A stretch of DNA of 64,000 bases from an uncultured Chloroflexia bacterium (GTDB lineage: Bacteria > Chloroflexota > Limnocylindria > Limnocylindrales > CSP1-4). Location: the NCBI GenBank assembly GCA_963813335.1, contig CAWEYL010000001.1, forward strand, positions 1 to 64,000, in the 5' to 3' direction. The stretch's first letter is position 1; each line of letters begins with the position of its first letter. The notes under the pieces were generated by a model, which saw nothing but the letters and a program-made list of their open reading frames with translations, had not been told where the DNA came from and made no database searches. This document shows, piece by piece, positions 63,177 through 64,000 of the stretch. A program made the translations under genes and the position numbers.

Positions 63177-64000
63177 ATGAAGACTCAGCGAACCATCGTC
63201 CTCACCGCGCTCATGGCGCTGGTGGTGGGCGCCTGCGGCACGGCCGCGTCGCCGTCGCCGAGCGCGCCGGCGTCCGTGGCCCCGACGGCCGCGGCATCGC
63301 CGTCGGCATCGGCCGAGGCGTCGGCCTCGACCGCCCCCGCGAGCCCGACCCCGCTGCCGGTCGACCCCAAGGAAGCGGTCATCCAGGGCGTGGAGCAGGG
63401 CGCGACCATCGAGTTCTGGACGTTCTACCTGTCGCCCACGTTCGACCAGTACATCAAGGACACGATCGCCCGGTTCCAGGCGACGTATCCGGGCGTGACG
63501 GTCTCGTGGCACGACCACCAGGGCACGTTCAAGGACGACCTCAACAACTCGTTCGCCGCGGGCAACGCGCCGGACGTCATCAACCTCTCGGTCAGCGAGG
63601 GCTGGGTCAGCGAGTACGCGGGCAAGGGCCTGCTGCTGGGCCTGGACACCCCCGTCCCGCAGGCCGTCAAGGACATCTACTTCCCGAACCTCTGGAAGCA
63701 GCAGCTCATCGACGGCGTCAACTACCAGTTCCCGTGGTACCAGGGCCTCAACGTCGAGCTGCTCAACAAGGCCATCTTCGAGAAGGCCGGGGTCGATCCC
63801 GCCGCGTTCCCCAAGACGCTCGACGGGCTCCCGGCCCTGTGCAAGACCTTCCTCGACAAGGCCGGCGCGCAGTGCGCCATCCGCCTGACCGTCAGCGACC
63901 TGCTCGCCCAGATGGTCTACGAGGGCAACGTGAAGGTCTTCGGCCCCGACGGCAAGACCTTCGCCTTCAACTCGCCCGAGGGCGTGGCGTGGCTGCAGAT
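63177..64000 (+). CDS. sugar ABC transporter substrate-binding lipoprotein (truncated by the window end)
   Basis: GGAGGAGG RBS; MKTQR...VVGAC lipobox; IEFWT, GNAPDVI, FPWYQG. Confidence 0.88.
   Translation, partial: MKTQRTIVLTALMALVVGACGTAASPSPSAPASVAPTAAASPSASAEASASTAPASPTPLPVDPKEAVIQGVEQGATIEFWTFYLSPTFDQYIKDTIARFQATYPGVTVSWHDHQGTFKDDLNNSFAAGNAPDVINLSVSEGWVSEYAGKGLLLGLDTPVPQAVKDIYFPNLWKQQLIDGVNYQFPWYQGLNVELLNKAIFEKAGVDPAAFPKTLDGLPALCKTFLDKAGAQCAIRLTVSDLLAQMVYEGNVKVFGPDGKTFAFNSPEGVAWLQ

Noticed and set aside
60485-63178. 897-aa minus-strand ORF and similar long antisense ORFs
   Set aside because: These are antisense shadows of high-GC genes (here the ROK pair) with no motifs of their own.

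Overview
A very GC-rich bacterial chromosome segment. Gene content and protein style suggest Chloroflexota, possibly Limnocylindria-like; this is inference. About 55 protein genes are supportable, and no rRNA, tRNA or CRISPR array was seen. About 20 single-base frameshifts are scattered through otherwise intact genes, including nrdJ, and are most likely long-read assembly indels. Landmarks are a ~1,900-aa soluble 7xGAF-3xPAS HisKA_3 kinase with two response regulators, a GIY-YIG-like/GreA fusion, a DEAD-box helicase, a HipA-like kinase/DUF3037 pair, a WYL regulator with a palindromic operator, and three tandem membrane-anchored thermonucleases (two share an identical 474-bp block). Further on are FlgD-Ig surface proteins, a DUF4062-HAD fusion, a HExxH-VWD secreted protein, class II RNR nrdJ with NrdR boxes and DnaA-box-like repeats, a GT4/GH130 operon and a ROK sugar-uptake operon. 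The top candidate novel system is a 39-bp repeat present six times as three inverted doublets (185-197 bp, REPIN/MITE-like). One doublet is embedded in the 3' end of an XRE-HTH + PD-(D/E)xK nuclease gene, and two doublets bracket that gene together with a SLATT (DUF4231) gene.
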